This document shows, piece after piece, positions 11,056-23,728 of a stretch of 64,000 nt of DNA. Positions within the stretch are counted from its first letter, which is position 1, and the number at the start of each line of letters is the position of its first letter. Both the position numbers and the translations under genes were made by a program. The stretch lies in the NCBI GenBank assembly GCA_951406725.2, contig OX597818.1, forward strand, positions 116,684,001 through 116,748,000. Direction: 5' to 3'. Source of the DNA: Octopus vulgaris. Lineage: Eukaryota. The notes under the pieces were generated by a model. That model was not told the DNA's origin, did not search any database, and worked only from the letters and a program-made list of their open reading frames with translations.

Positions 11056-12578
11056 GTAACTGCAATGAAGATACGAATCCATCACAGTCGAAAAGCAAAT
11101 TGAACGAAAACAATGTAGCTGAGCAACACCTTGATAAACGCAGCAGTGGCGAGTACAACCCGCACGATCTGAAAACAATAGTTGCGGCAATTCTTGAACG
11201 ACAAGAACAAGGCCAAAAACAATCGTCTGCATTGAGGTCTATGAACGAACTTGCAGGCGATCAGTACAGTGGTGATGCATTATCGCGTGTAGTTCAGCTT
11301 CTGAGAAGGTCTATGCCATCAGATTTCGATGAGTTTGAAAGACGATTAGCACCTGTTCCAAGATTAGGGCGTCTAAAGAAGAGATCTGTGCTCAGTAACC
11401 CTAACAAAGAAGTAGATTATGATGAAAATGAAGCAAATGATAACAACGAGAGCGCTGATAATATACTTTTCCCCCGCCAAATAACCCTCCCACGATATGG
11501 AAAAGATGAGGGATCTGATGCAGCAGATGCCGAACAATATTTGTCATCGGATTGTGAAATCTTTGATGCCTATGGCACATGTGTGCAGTATAAAATACCA
11601 AGAGAGAATGTGAAGAGGCAAGTTAGAATGTTGCGATTAGGAAAGCGTCAGATGCATCCAATAAAAATAGATGATGAAACAGGGATGGACAAAAGGTCAG
11701 AAGATTTTAACGTGGATGGAAACTCCGGTGAAAGTAAACGGGCAGTCTCAATGTTGCGTCTTGGAAGAAGTTTCAATGCTGGTGGGGAATCTGAAGAAAA
11801 TGAAATTCCAGTTTTCGACGAAGCCAAACGAGCAGTTTCTATGTTACGGCTTGGCCGCAGTGGACCATTCCTTGATAAACGTGCACTTTCAATGCTCCGA
11901 CTTGGTCGAAGCGAATTTGATCAGGAAAACACAGCTCTCCCAATAATGTATCCAGGACCAAATGGTTTCGAAAGCAACAAGCGTGCTGTTTCAATGTTGC
12001 GCCTCGGTCGCAGTATGTCTGCTGATGATAAAAGAGCTGTGTCTATGTTACGTCTCGGTCGCAGCGGATTTGATACAATGAAGCGAGCAGTTTCAATGTT
12101 ACGCCTTGGAAGAAACAGTGGATATCCATCAGAAAAACGAGCAGTGTCCATGTTGAGATTAGGACGATCAGGATCAGATGAAGACAAGAGAGCAGTGTCT
12201 ATGTTGCGGTTAGGACGATCAGGATCAGATGAAGACAAGAGAGCAGTGTCTATGTTGCGGTTAGGACGTAGTGGCGCAGATATAGAAGACGAAAAGCGAG
12301 CAGTGTCGATGTTAAGGCTTGGTCGTGGTGGTGCTGATAATATGAAGAGAGCTGTTTCTATGTTAAGACTAGGTCGAAGTGGAAGTGATGATATGAACAC
12401 GAAGAGGGCTGTGTCTATGTTGAGACTCGGACGAAGTGGAAATGACAATGTTGGGGAAGATAAACGTGCCGTCTCTATGTTGCGACTAGGCAGAAGCGAC
12501 AGCAATGCAAATAATAAGCGAGCCATGGCTATGCTACGATTAGGTCGTAGTAATGACACTAGTGCAAAAGAAACCTAA
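11056..12578 (+). CDS. myomodulin: Myomodulin neuropeptide precursor, last coding exon (5'-partial; the ORF-track start 10992 is intronic)
   Basis: 12x [11 protein letters not shown] plus [16 protein letters not shown] and [10 protein letters not shown] (MLRLamide is the molluscan myomodulin signature), acidic spacers, amidation glycines. T-rich tract plus tttag acceptor ends at 11055 (phase 1); stop TAA at 12576-12578. Confidence 0.95.
12159..12268 (+). repeat. Exact 51-bp tandem duplication inside the myomodulin CDS
   Basis: ttaggacgatcaggatcagatgaagacaagagagcagtgtctatgttgcgg at 12159 and 12210, plus 8 bp of a third unit. Confidence 0.95.
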
Positions 12579-12619
12579 ATTTTGTTGTAATAAACTAATT
12601 TATGAAACCTAAAAACGAG

Positions 12620-12669
12620 ATATATATGTGCTCATATATATATATATATATTTACATATATATAAATAC

Positions 12670-12702
<33 letters not shown>

Positions 12703-12781
12703 AGTGTGATTGTGTATATATATATATATATATATATGTATACACATATATATATCAATATATATATGTATACATATATAT

Positions 12782-12820
<39 letters not shown>

Positions 12821-12836
12821 CATACATATCAATGTA

Positions 12837-12879
<43 letters not shown>

Positions 12880-12935
12880 GTATACTCTGGGTATATACAT
12901 ATATATATTTGTATATGCATAGTATATGCATATGC
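12620..12935. repeat. Compound (TA)n/(CA)n microsatellite in the presumed 3' UTR
   Basis: Directly visible; it generates the spurious YIYI ORFs. Confidence 0.95.
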
Positions 12936-13154
12936 ATAATTGCATTCGAACTTGATACAAAGTCAATTTGATTTGATTAACAACAGTTTCAAAAGGAAAT
13001 GGATGCGTAAAGATAATAATTAAAGACCTATGACAATTACCATGCATTTGTTAGTCAACAGTATTTTTCGATAACGAAAAATTAAAACTAGTTTAACAAT
13101 ATATATACGCATATATATATATATTGAAAATATGATTTCAACAAAAGGATTGGG

Positions 13155-13217
13155 AATAAATTGTTTGTTTATTGTTGGTGATGTTTAAAAATTTCGATTT
13201 ATTATTCTTCAAATAAA
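13155..13217 (+). terminator. Candidate polyadenylation signals of the myomodulin gene
   Basis: AATAAA at 13155-13160 and 13212-13217, the second followed by a pyrimidine/T-rich stretch; another AATAAA at 12589. Confidence 0.4.
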
Positions 13218-13506
13218 AGATTACCTCCCTTCACTTCTGCCTCTTCAAATTCCTTTCTTTTATTCTTTAATATTATTTGTACTGTATAGAATGTATCTGA
13301 TATTTTATTATTAATGGAAGGATTTCGTGAAGTTATTCTTATGTGTATATCATGGAATGCTAAGGCATTATATTAACAGGTGTATGCTGTTCATATAAAA
13401 CAAATAATAAATATATACCTGTTAACTGTAATGTCTATCTACATTTCGCGTTGTCCCCAGAACAAAAGAACGAAGCAACAAAGGCAATAAGAAAAAAGGA
13501 ATATAA

Positions 13507-13666
13507 GGCGCATGCGTTGGTGTGTGGTAAGAAATTTGATTTCGAACTACTTTGTTCCGAGTTCATTTCCACTATGTGGCACTTCAGACAACCTTCTTCT
13601 GCTATAGACTCTAGCCAACGAAGCCTTGAGTTGATTTGGTAAGCGGAAACTAAAGGAAGTCCGTCG

Positions 13667-13707
<41 letters not shown>

Positions 13708-13930
13708 TTGTGTCTCTGTGTGTGTTTGTGTGCTTGTTCCCCATCACAATCACTTGACAACCAGTGTTGGTGTGTTTACGTCCCTGTGACATAGCAGTTC
13801 AGCAAAAATGACCAATAAAACAAGTTGCATGATTTAAAAAAATATATCATTTCTTTGACTAAAATTCCTGAACGCTCTGCTCCATCATGGTTGCAATTTA
13901 ATGACTGAAACAAGCAAAAGATGAAAGCTG
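13507..13930 (+). mobile_element. Diverged SINE family B
   Basis: Head ggcgcatgcgttggtgtgtggtaag, internal (TG)n, tail aatgactgaaacaagcaaaaga. Confidence 0.8.
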
Positions 13931-14137
13931 TAAATGAAAACCAAGCTCAGAGCGGATCGTCATTTGGATCAGCGGTCCGACATTTTCACATTTTCTCTTA
14001 CGCTAACCGTGAAACAATTATGAACACTGCAAGATAATATCTCACAAAACAATATTTCTGAACACAAGCATCTTTCTGAAAAATAATATAATACAAGGAG
14101 TTGTACTTTATTTCGATGAGTTGGGAAATAGCAGTTG

Positions 14138-14435
14138 GGTTCGATTAAATAAGTACCAGTTACGCATTGGGGTCGATATAATCGACTTAATCCCTTTGTC
14201 TGTCCTTGTTTGTCCTCTCTGTGTTTAGCCCCTTGTAGGTAGTAAAGAAATATGTATTTCGTCTGCCTCTACGTTCTGAGTTCAATTTCCGCCGAGGTCG
14301 ACTTTGCTTTTCATTCTTTCGGAGTCCATTAAATAAGTACCAGTTACACACTGGAGTCGATATAATCGACTTAATCCGTTTGTCTGTCCTTGTTTGTCCC
14401 CTCTGTGTTTAGACCCTTGTAGGCAGTAAAGAAAG
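14138..14435 (+). mobile_element. SINE family A, tandem of 3' modules
   Basis: Two copies of taaataagtaccagttac..tcgatataatcgacttaatcc.tttgtctgtccttgtttgtcc..gtaaagaaa. Confidence 0.85.
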
Positions 14436-15522
14436 AAGAAATAATTAAGTATCGATAAATATGGTTTAGAGGTTTTAAGTCAATTGAAATATCGTAAAAA
14501 CCTCTGTCTAACAACAAGTTTAAATTTCGAAACATTACTTTATTTCTCAGTTTGTTACGAGAAATTCATATTTTGGTAACAAATATCGCTTAATCTTATA
14601 CACTTTACTTGCAATATCGAATTAGATCCTAGCTGGCTTTTTTCATGAGTTTCATTCGTAATCGAATTTGACTCGGTAGCATTAGTGTAATTTTTTCTTA
14701 ATATATTGTGGGAACTTCATCAACGGTGCTTCACTCTTTCGTGGGATTGTAGACAGCATGTCAGTAAAACTGTTGAGCATTTGTATACAAAAATATTGCT
14801 TATATATCCGGCGCAGTGAATCATGTCTTGACTGCATGATTTTTTTTTCGCTTGCTTCATCCAGACTGATTCTGCAATATTTACTCCTGTCTTTATAGCT
14901 ATGCAATATTGTTTGTAGTCAGTGAATTTCTTTTACCATGCTGTCTCAATCATGTTATCCGTTTCATTGAGATGTTTAATCATGTTTTTACAACAGTCTC
15001 TTCGCGCCGTCTGTAGAGGCCTTCACATCTCACAGCTCTGTATCTATGAATCAGCGAGTACCTTACTGCGTATTCCGTCCATTGAGAATAATATGACGGA
15101 ATTCAGCAACTGTAGATGTCATTTGTTATACTGTACATAACTTTAGCCAATACAGTAGGAATGCGGGAGGCCTATTTATGCCGCTGTCACTTCCTAGTTT
15201 GTCTGACGCAACTGTGCCAAGCGAGTATCAGCTGGTGCAGAGTTAGAAAGTGGAGAAGCAAGTTGTACTAGAAGTTGCTTGACGGTATTCGCCTCAACAG
15301 CACGGTACAGTTCAGAAAAGTTTAGGTTACTGCCATTCGACTCTTTTGACTCTCTTTGTCACATCCGTCCGACAGACAACGTTTACGTGGCAGGTGTCAA
15401 TATATATATATAATCAGTGAGGTAGCCATCCCACTTCATATCCAGTGTACATATTACATATGCAATACAGGCCCTGTGGCTAAGTACGTAGTGTAACAAG
15501 TGCCACAACTTTTGATCAAATA

Positions 15523-15990
15523 CACTGGCGATAATAAATTTAAGACCGATGATAAAAGTTCTATTTCTTACAAAATACAATTATCTTTATCTTTTATACA
15601 TTATGCAGAATTTATTTCTCTTTCGAATGATGCAGGCAATAACTATTTTTATATAACTTGAAGAATTCTAATGCTAAATTAATACAAACGTTTCAAATTT
15701 ACCGGCAAAATTAATTTAAGACCGTATCGTTATAATTTTATTTAAAGCATAAGATTGTAGCAAAATTGAGCAACAAGAACGAAATATATATTAGTACTTT
15801 GTGCAATAGCCTTTATTCTTAATAACGGCTGACCAAAACCTCGGCATTGAATTCGCTAAGTGGTTACAAAATTATATGGGTATGCTTTGCAATATTTCAT
15901 TGATATAATCGAATAATTGTTTTAGATTAGATTATTTTGTAAGAAATAGAACTTTTATCATCAATCTTAAAATCTTTATTTTCGCCAGTG
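15523..15990. mobile_element. Tc1/mariner-type MITE with TA TSD
   Basis: TA-cactggcgataataaatttaaga ... tcttaaaatctttattttcgccagtg-TA; no coding capacity. Confidence 0.8.
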
Positions 15991-16587
15991 TATGATACTA
16001 AGGGTCAAATAATTTTTCAGAAAGCAGAAAAGCAGTGTCTGTTAAAGTGTTCAGGTCGATTAGAAATTGACACTGTAATTACGATTTAAATTCTCGAAAA
16101 TTTTCTACAACACGGTCCTATGTCATGTAGTCCTTACATTACAACCAGTGAAACGGAAGAATATTTATAACAACAGCTCAACTTTTCTTCAATAAATACA
16201 GAAGTATTATATGGTTAAAATCTGTAATTAAATTCACAGACAAATCCTTGTTACTTTTCTTCAATTCTAGAACTGCAAAATTCTACATCTTCATTGTGTT
16301 ACTGTATGTTATGAATGAAAAGCAAAATCTCGAGTACCACGAAGTCAATCGTGAATTATTGAATATGTTATGAGTATATTGATGACGTAGTTAGGTACAA
16401 CACAGCAAAATTAAACACATTTCTGGCAGCTGGTACACAAATTTTAGTAAGTTGTAAGGACACCATACTTTGTTATGCGACCATAATATACCACAAAGTA
16501 TAGGCAAAACTGTTATATCAATAATGATAGATCTCTATATTTAGTGGCTATTTAAGAAATTGGTTCTTGGATGGTAATTTGTTGCAT

Positions 16588-16632
16588 AAATACTGATGAA
16601 GGTACAAGAAATCCTGAAAGATGCATATACAC
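16588..16632 (+). ncRNA. Degenerate hammerhead-like motif
   Basis: CTGATGA-agg(tacaagaaat)cct-GAAA-gatgcata; stems I and III are poor. Confidence 0.35.
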
Positions 16633-16860
16633 CAATTTCTCATTTTTCATTTTCGATCTCATTGTTGTTTACATTAGACGTATTCGGATACGAAACGTCG
16701 TAATAAATCAGTGCTGGATGTAATTTCTACAGAAATTCTGTAGAGATAACCTCACCAGTAAGAATTGGTTCAGAGATATAAATGATTGAATCGAAACCGT
16801 ACTTCCTTTCCACGGTAATAATTTTGTCGACCCTTGAACGGTAAAATGTAAACAAACGAA

Positions 16861-17018
16861 GGCGTGGCTGTTTGGTAAGAAGCTTGCTTACCAAACACAT
16901 GGTTCCCGATTAAGCCCCACTGCGTGGCACCTTGGGAAGAGTCCTCTGCTATAGAGCGTCGGGCCGACCAAAGCCTTGTGAGTGGATTTGGTGGATGGAA
17001 ACTAAAAGAAACCCGTTT

Positions 17019-17064
<46 letters not shown>

Positions 17065-17290
17065 TGTGTGTGTATGCGTGTGTGTGCGTTTTTGTGTTCG
17101 TATTTGCGCCTCTCCCCATCACTTGACAACAGATGTCGGTGTATTTATGTCCCCAATTCTTAACGGTTCCGCAAAAGCGACCGATAAAATAAGAATAAGT
17201 CCTGGGCTTGATTTGTTCGACTGAAGGCAGTGCTCCAGCATGGCCGCAGTTAAATGACCGAAACGTATAAAAGAGTAAAAGAGTAAACGC
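16861..17290 (+). mobile_element. Full-length SINE family B
   Basis: Same head, (TG)n tract and tail as 4795-5200. Confidence 0.9.
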
Positions 17291-18159
17291 AAGTAGACAG
17301 AGCCCTGTATTAATTCTTTCCAAGCGTTTGTTTTGAGATTCTTGATAACCCCAAAAATTCGTTAGTTTATCGCAGAATCCGTCAGTTTACCGTAAAACAG
17401 TTATATATTAGAAGCTAAAGATAATACATAATCAATTAAGAATTAAATGCTACAGATTGCAATATATTCGATTTAATTCATTATTAATTCTTCCAATGTT
17501 CTCTGCGTCAGACTATGTGCCGTTGAATGAAGAGCAGGACACTAAACCTCAGCCTATAGGGGGCGCTAATGATATTGCTAGGATTCCAGATTACTTGGTT
17601 GTTCGCCTTCTATAAACTAAATTTTAATTACGTATATTTAAGAGAAGGATTATATAGGGATAACTGCTTATTCCTACTTAGAAACTGAAACCCGGAATTT
17701 AAAGAGCTCAAAATGGATCTACATCTCTTTAAACATCGTGGATTTACCATTACCAGAACATCAAATGTTAATTCGGTTACCTTCTTAAATGTAATTCTTA
17801 AGCAAACCACGTGTAGCAAGCGGAATGAAACACTTAAATGCTATATGAATAATCTAAACATTTACGAAATATCTAAATTGATTTAGTTAATAACGAAATA
17901 TTTAACGTAGCTGTAACGAATATATTTATAGCCATTTTGTTTCTTATGGCAGGATTCTAAATAGAAGTAAATTCAATATGAAAAGTAAACAGAATGAAGA
18001 AGAAACCACGTTTACGGGTTTATTCCATAAAACCAATTAGGGTTGAAAAGTTAGGGTTGAAATCCTCTTTCATTTTCTCAACAAACAGTTCACGCAAATT
18101 ATGATGAGAGAATTTTAATAAATGAATAAAATAATGTCAATCTTTCATATCCCGCTATT

Positions 18160-18570
18160 CTTTTTCTTTTTTCAGTCATTTGACTGAGGCCATGCTGGAG
18201 CGCCGCCTTTAGTCGAACAAATCGATACCTCAGGACATATTCATTTTAAGCATAGTATTTATTCTATCGGTCTCTTTTGCCGAACCACTAAGTTACGGGG
18301 ACATAAGCACACCAGCATCGGTTGTCAAGGGATGTTGGAAGGACAATACAATCACACAAACGTACAACCCCCCCCCCCATATATATATATATATATATAT
18401 ATACGACGGGCTTCTTTCAGTTTCCGCCTACCAAATCCACTCACAGGTCGTTGGTCGGCTCGAGGCTATAGTAGAAGACACTTGCCCAAGGTGCCACGCA
18501 GTGGGACTGAACCCGGAACAATGTGGTTGGGAAGCGCACTTCTTACTACACAGCCACTTCTGCGCCTATA
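18160..18570 (-). mobile_element. SINE family B
   Basis: Reverse complement of the family B consensus. Confidence 0.9.
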
Positions 18571-19312
18571 TAATATGTATATACTGTGTGTAGTTGAAAT
18601 GTAGCCACAACATAAACTTATTTGAGTTAAGAAATTCGTCAGATACACTAACTCAATCACTACCCATCAACTTGCTTGTCTACATTTAACCTTAGAAAAT
18701 TCACAGCCAATTTGTCAATTCTATTAAACGTTCTCACTTGCATGCTATATTCGGTCCGAGAAATATTTTCTGTGGCATAGGACAATTATATTCTTCATCA
18801 ACCTATATCCTATTTATAGGAAGCATTTCCGTTGAAACCTTTATGATCTTTATGAGAATCAAAGCTATTAAAACATGTCAAAATGTTGACATACATTAGT
18901 ATAATTCCTCTACTCTCTTCATTACAATTTAGCATGTTAACTTCTACGCCTTATTGGCATAATTTCAGTGTAGGTCAGAAATAGCATTCTTTTCTCCGGA
19001 ATCTCTTGTAGTTTACAAGCAACATATCTCTTAATGGAAAACTCTCCTATATTACAGGATTCTATTCTTAAGACTTTATATACTTTCACTCTCACTTGTT
19101 ATATTTAAGCGTATAATCTATCGCATTCTTTAGCTTCCAGGCAATCTTACCATATTTTTTATTATTTATGGAGCTTATTTTTCAAGAAAACATTTTCATT
19201 CTATTTTACTCTCACATGATTTAACCACTATTTTTCGTAAAGAATTATCATGTCTACTTAATATTGTATAATACTAGCTGTCTATACTTTCATACAATAA
19301 TATTTAAACCTA

Positions 19313-19935
19313 GGCGGCGAGCTGGCAGAAACTTTAGCACGCCGGGCGAAATGCATAGGGTTTTATTTCGTCTGTCATTACGTTCTGAGTCCAAATTCCG
19401 CCGAGCTCGACTTTACCTTTCATCCTTTTGGGGCCGATAATTTAAGTGCCAGTTGCGAACTGGGGTCGATCTAATCGACTGGCCTCCTCCCCCAAAATTT
19501 CGGGCCTTTTGCCTAGAGTAGAAAATAATATTTAAGCCTAGGCGGCGAGCTGGCAGAAATGTTAGCACGTCGGGTGGAATGCTTAGTGGTATTTTGTCTG
19601 CCGCTACGTTCTGAGTTCAAATTCCACCGAGGTCGACTTTGCCTTTCATCCTTTCGGTGTCGATTAAATAAATACCAGTTGCGCACTGGATTCGATGTAA
19701 TCGGCTTAATCTGTTAGTCTGTTCCTGTTTGTCCTCTCTGTGTTTAGCCCCTTGTGGGTAGTAACATATATGTATTTCGTCTGCCGTTACGTTCTGAGTT
19801 CAAATTTCGCCGAGCTCGACCTTGCCTTTTATCCTTTTGGGGTCGATAAATTATGTACCAGTTGCGTACTGGGGTCGATCTCATCGACTGGCCTCCTTCC
19901 CCAAAATCTCGGGCCCTGTTCCTAGAGTAGAAAAG
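19313..19935 (+). mobile_element. Two SINE family A units in tandem, separated and flanked by the same 17-bp target
   Basis: aataatatttaa(a/g)ccta at 19296, 19524 and 19936. Confidence 0.9.
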
Positions 19936-20454
19936 AATAATATTTAAGCCTACAATACATTTTTTTATCCTTTTTAAGACATGCAAATTTTAAGAACTGC
20001 TAACATACCGCTACGGATATATGCAACACTTCGAAGATGAGACCAACATTTAGCTAGTTTTTGGTTTTATATGTATTTTAAAATCTTAATATTCCTTCTT
20101 ATTCAATATTTAGATTGCCATTTTCTTTTTGCTGGCAATAAATATTTTAAGCAAATATAATTCAATTACCTTGTCGTTTTCGCAACAAGTTCCAGAGATT
20201 CTCGCATTTTTGAACAAGTTATTTTTAAATACATAAAGGTTTTAGAATTTCGTATTAGTTGCCACTTAATTGCAGGCAAAACGATCTAAAAGCAAATTTT
20301 CATATTAACAGCGTTTCAAAATATTTCAAACTGCGTTGCCGTTTACTACGGTTCTTACTTTGCGTATATTTGAGTAAGAACGTATTACAGGGGACGTTTT
20401 AGCTTACCTGTGAAAGCATACACGTATGTACGTATATATGCAAAAATGTTATAG

Positions 20455-20750
20455 TCTTTTTACTCTTCTTTTTACTACTTCTACTTGTTTCAGTCACTTG
20501 ACTGCGGCCATGTTGAAGCACAACCTTAAAGGGTGTTACTGTATATCTATACAGTAATCCCTCGACTATCGGCGGGTGTTACGTTTCAACACTATCCGCA
20601 ATTGGTGAAAATCCGCGATGTAGAAACAGTACATGGCTTTGGTTTGCCCGAGGCTATAGTAGAAGATACTTGCCCAAGGTGCCATGCAGTGGGACTGAAC
20701 CCAGAACCATGTGCTTGGTAAGCAAGCTACTTACCACACAGCCACTGCTC
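20455..20750 (-). mobile_element. SINE family B with the middle replaced by a Tc1/Tigger-like end (tacagtaatccctcgactatc)
   Basis: Family B tail at 20455-20530 and head at 20635-20750. Confidence 0.6.
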
Positions 20751-21342
20751 TCATTACATACATACATGTACACACACAAAAATTCTCAACGTTCAGCATT
20801 CTGGTGGACATTACCTTTATGAAATGGCGTCTGGAGATCAAAAACTTTTATGCTCATTTTAAAAATATTATTCTCTTCAAAGAGGTAAATGCAATAACGT
20901 CGCACCCAGTTCAATTTATCATCATAGTGCTTTAGTTTTCTTTTCCCAATATATCGCAAACCCAGTCAACACAACAAAACCCGGTGGCTTCTTATACACC
21001 CTGTATATTGCAGCAGCTAAATTGATTTTAAACTTGCTAAAGATTTACAATTCGCTTTCTTTTTTCATTGTTTCTTCTTTCACATAGGCCTTATTAACTT
21101 TGTAATAAAGGCAGCGAACTGGCGGAATCGATAACTCATCGTATAAAACGTTTAATGGCATTTCTTTCTCCTTGTTATATTGTTAGCATATATTGCATCG
21201 AGGTCGATTATTTTCCCTTACTCCTTTTGGGGTCGTTAAAATAAGTACGAGTCAGTTGCTGAGATTAGAGTAACCGAGTCTCGTTTTCCCCTCTAAGAAC
21301 ATTCCTGTCCTTGTGTCAAATCTCACTATATGATACATGGGT

Positions 21343-21570
21343 GGAGGTGCGTGGCTTAGTGGTTAGTGTGTCAGCATTATGATCGTAAGATTGTGCTTTC
21401 GATTCGTGGACCAGGCAACGTGTTGTGTTCTTGAGCAAAACACTTCATTTCACGTTGCTCCAGTCCACTCAGCTGGCCAAAATGAGTAACGTTGCGATGG
21501 ACTGGCGTCCCGTCCAGCTGGGGATCATATACGCCATAGAAACTGGGAAACCGCCCCATGAGTCTGGCAC
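21343..21570 (+). mobile_element. SINE family C
   Basis: ggaggtgcgtggcttagtggttag head, gtgttcttgagcaaaacacttcatttcacgttgctccagt body. Confidence 0.8.
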
Positions 21571-21649
21571 ATAATAGACGCATAAAATTAGATTAACACT
21601 ACATTCAAAGTTAAGCTACTTAGATTTAAAACAGCTGGTTAAACATAAA

Positions 21650-22650
21650 TATTATGATCATGAGAATCAAGATCGTTTCATAAAAAATCCTAAAAACCAC
21701 AAAGCAGAAAGTTCAGAAAAGAAACACTGTTAATCATATAGATAGCAATGTCTCCAGAGTTTCCATAATGGTTAATAAAACGAAGGCTAGTTTTGTAGAG
21801 TTGAATTTTCCCAAGCACAGGGCGTATCAATCAGTCATCGATCAGCCCACAAATTGAAGGGAACGGAAATTTTCACCCAATCAAGATTCAAATTTATGAA
21901 TTAAGTCTGAATAGAAGTATCGGGAGCAAAGATTGTATAGTTAGACACATTAAGTAGAAAATCATTAAGAGAATCTAGAAAAAAAAATGGGAGGAAAGAG
22001 AAAACTTTCAGGAAAGATACAAGAAAGCTAAAAATGTTTTTATTGAGATTCAGATTTTAGGAGGTGAGGACAATGTGAAAATCCATATAATGTGTTTCCG
22101 ACACGTCAAATGCAACTATACATTTTACATATTATTTATCTACATAGAACGGTACACTTATGGCAGGCAGAAATTGAATGGTGGAGTGTGATGTAGCGAA
22201 ACCTGACACCGTATCAGAAGACAGAACCAGGTAATCAATGCGCAAGAGAAGAACGATAGAAACTGAAAGAAGGAATCTTTTTAGGTGGTGATTACGATGA
22301 TCGGAACGTTTGTCATAGATTTTGGAAATAGGAATACGAAATACGAAGGGCATTATTAGCAGGCTGGAATGTTTTGACGGAACATACGAAAATTCATTTA
22401 TAAAACATTAGAAAAACAATATTAGAACCAGACACCGTTTCAGTTTCAAGACTTGAATTAACTCTTCAATAAACTTAGAATTTGTGAGTGAAGCTGATAA
22501 TGGAGCAATATAAAAAAGGAAGAAAAAATGGCTGGAAAAACGTGATCAGACAAATCGAGTGAAAACGTATTAGAAAATAACTGGGCAAGCAATATTGTTT
22601 ACCTTTAGAAGAGTTAATACCACCTTACATGCAATTATTGAAAAGAAGAA
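21650..22650 (+). mobile_element. Heavily decayed RTE-like LINE reverse-transcriptase region
   Basis: Remnant translations such as EIRRALLAGWNVL, KLRICE and NWASNIV appear in the order expected for the RTE C-terminal half; boundaries uncertain. Confidence 0.4.
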
Positions 22651-22714
22651 GAATGTCGTAGATTTTCGAAAGAATCTCGCGAGATCTGGCTCTGAGAAGC
22701 AATGTTCTTTGTTC

Positions 22715-23170
22715 CTTCTCGAGTCTCGTTTGGCTCATAAGGGCCGATTTCCCGGTCTCCTTGGCGTATAGGTTCCCTACCTGGACGAGACGCCAGTCCG
22801 TCACAGGTGAGCTGCAAGATGCGGGATGAAAGAGTGAGAGAAAGTTGTGGTGAAAGAGTCAGCAGAGATTCGCCTTTACCTTCTGCCGGAGCCGCGTGGA
22901 GCTTAGGTGTTTTCGCTCATAAGCACACACATCACCCGGTCTGAGATTCGAACCCGTGATCCCTCGACCGCGAGTCCGCTGCTCTAATCAATAAGCCATG
23001 TGCCTCCACTTAAATAAATGTTCCTTCTGGAGTCATGCCAGGCTCATAAGGGCCAGTTTCTCGGTTTCAGTGGCATAGAAATTCCCCACCTGGACGGGAC
23101 GCCGGTCCGTCGCAGGATTACTCATTTTTGCCAGCTGAGTGGACTGGACCAGCATGAAAATGAAGTGTTG
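22715..23170 (-). mobile_element. SINE family C-related copies
   Basis: Homologous to 52520-52812 and 38613-38722; tRNA-like head on the minus strand ending near 23008. Confidence 0.75.
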
Positions 23171-23397
23171 AGAAGCAATATTAGATTTGGCCAATTTCCA
23201 TTTAGTATATTACTGCATGAATGGTCTTGCTGAACCATCTAGGCTATTAGAAGGGTATCAGCACACTTACCCCACAGGACAATTTCCCCGCCGACGACAA
23301 CTATCCCTTAGGACAATTATTCACCTTGGTTAGTTACACTCTCTCCAATATATTAAGAAGTTTTAAATCATCATCTGTTGTCCCCAGGCCATGTGAA

Positions 23398-23728
23398 GGC
23401 TCATAGCTCAGTGGTTAGAGCGTCGAGCTTACGCTCGTGAGGTTGTGAGTTCGAATCCTGGACCGGGCTGCGTGTTGTGTTCTTGAGCAAGACACTTTAT
23501 TTCACGTTGCTCCAGTTCACTCAGCTGCAGAAATGAGTTGCGACGTCACATGTGCTAAGCTGTATCGACCTTTGCCTTTCCCTTGGATAACATCAGTGGT
23601 CTGGAGAGGGGAGGCTGGTATGCGTGGGCAACTGTTGGGCTTCCATAAACAACGTTGCCCGGACCTGTGTCTGGGAGAGTAACTTTCTAGTTTTAATATC
23701 ATGGTCAGTCATGACCGAAGGGGGTCTC
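23398..23728 (+). mobile_element. Full-length SINE family C with clear Pol III boxes
   Basis: A box tagctcagtgg, B box gagttcgaatcc, body shared with 21343 and tail shared with 1-112. Confidence 0.85.

Noticed and set aside
11730-12550. CRISPR-like repeat-spacer array
   Set aside because: Repeats are conserved at the protein level with synonymous variation; eukaryotic context, no cas genes.
11921-12559. 212-aa antisense ORF with repeats
   Set aside because: Shadow of the repetitive myomodulin coding strand; no independent features.
18038-18062. Interstitial telomeric TTAGGG
   Set aside because: Only two copies within a 13-bp duplication.
23398-23470. tRNA gene
   Set aside because: A and B boxes are present but there is no clean cloverleaf; it continues into a SINE body repeated elsewhere.
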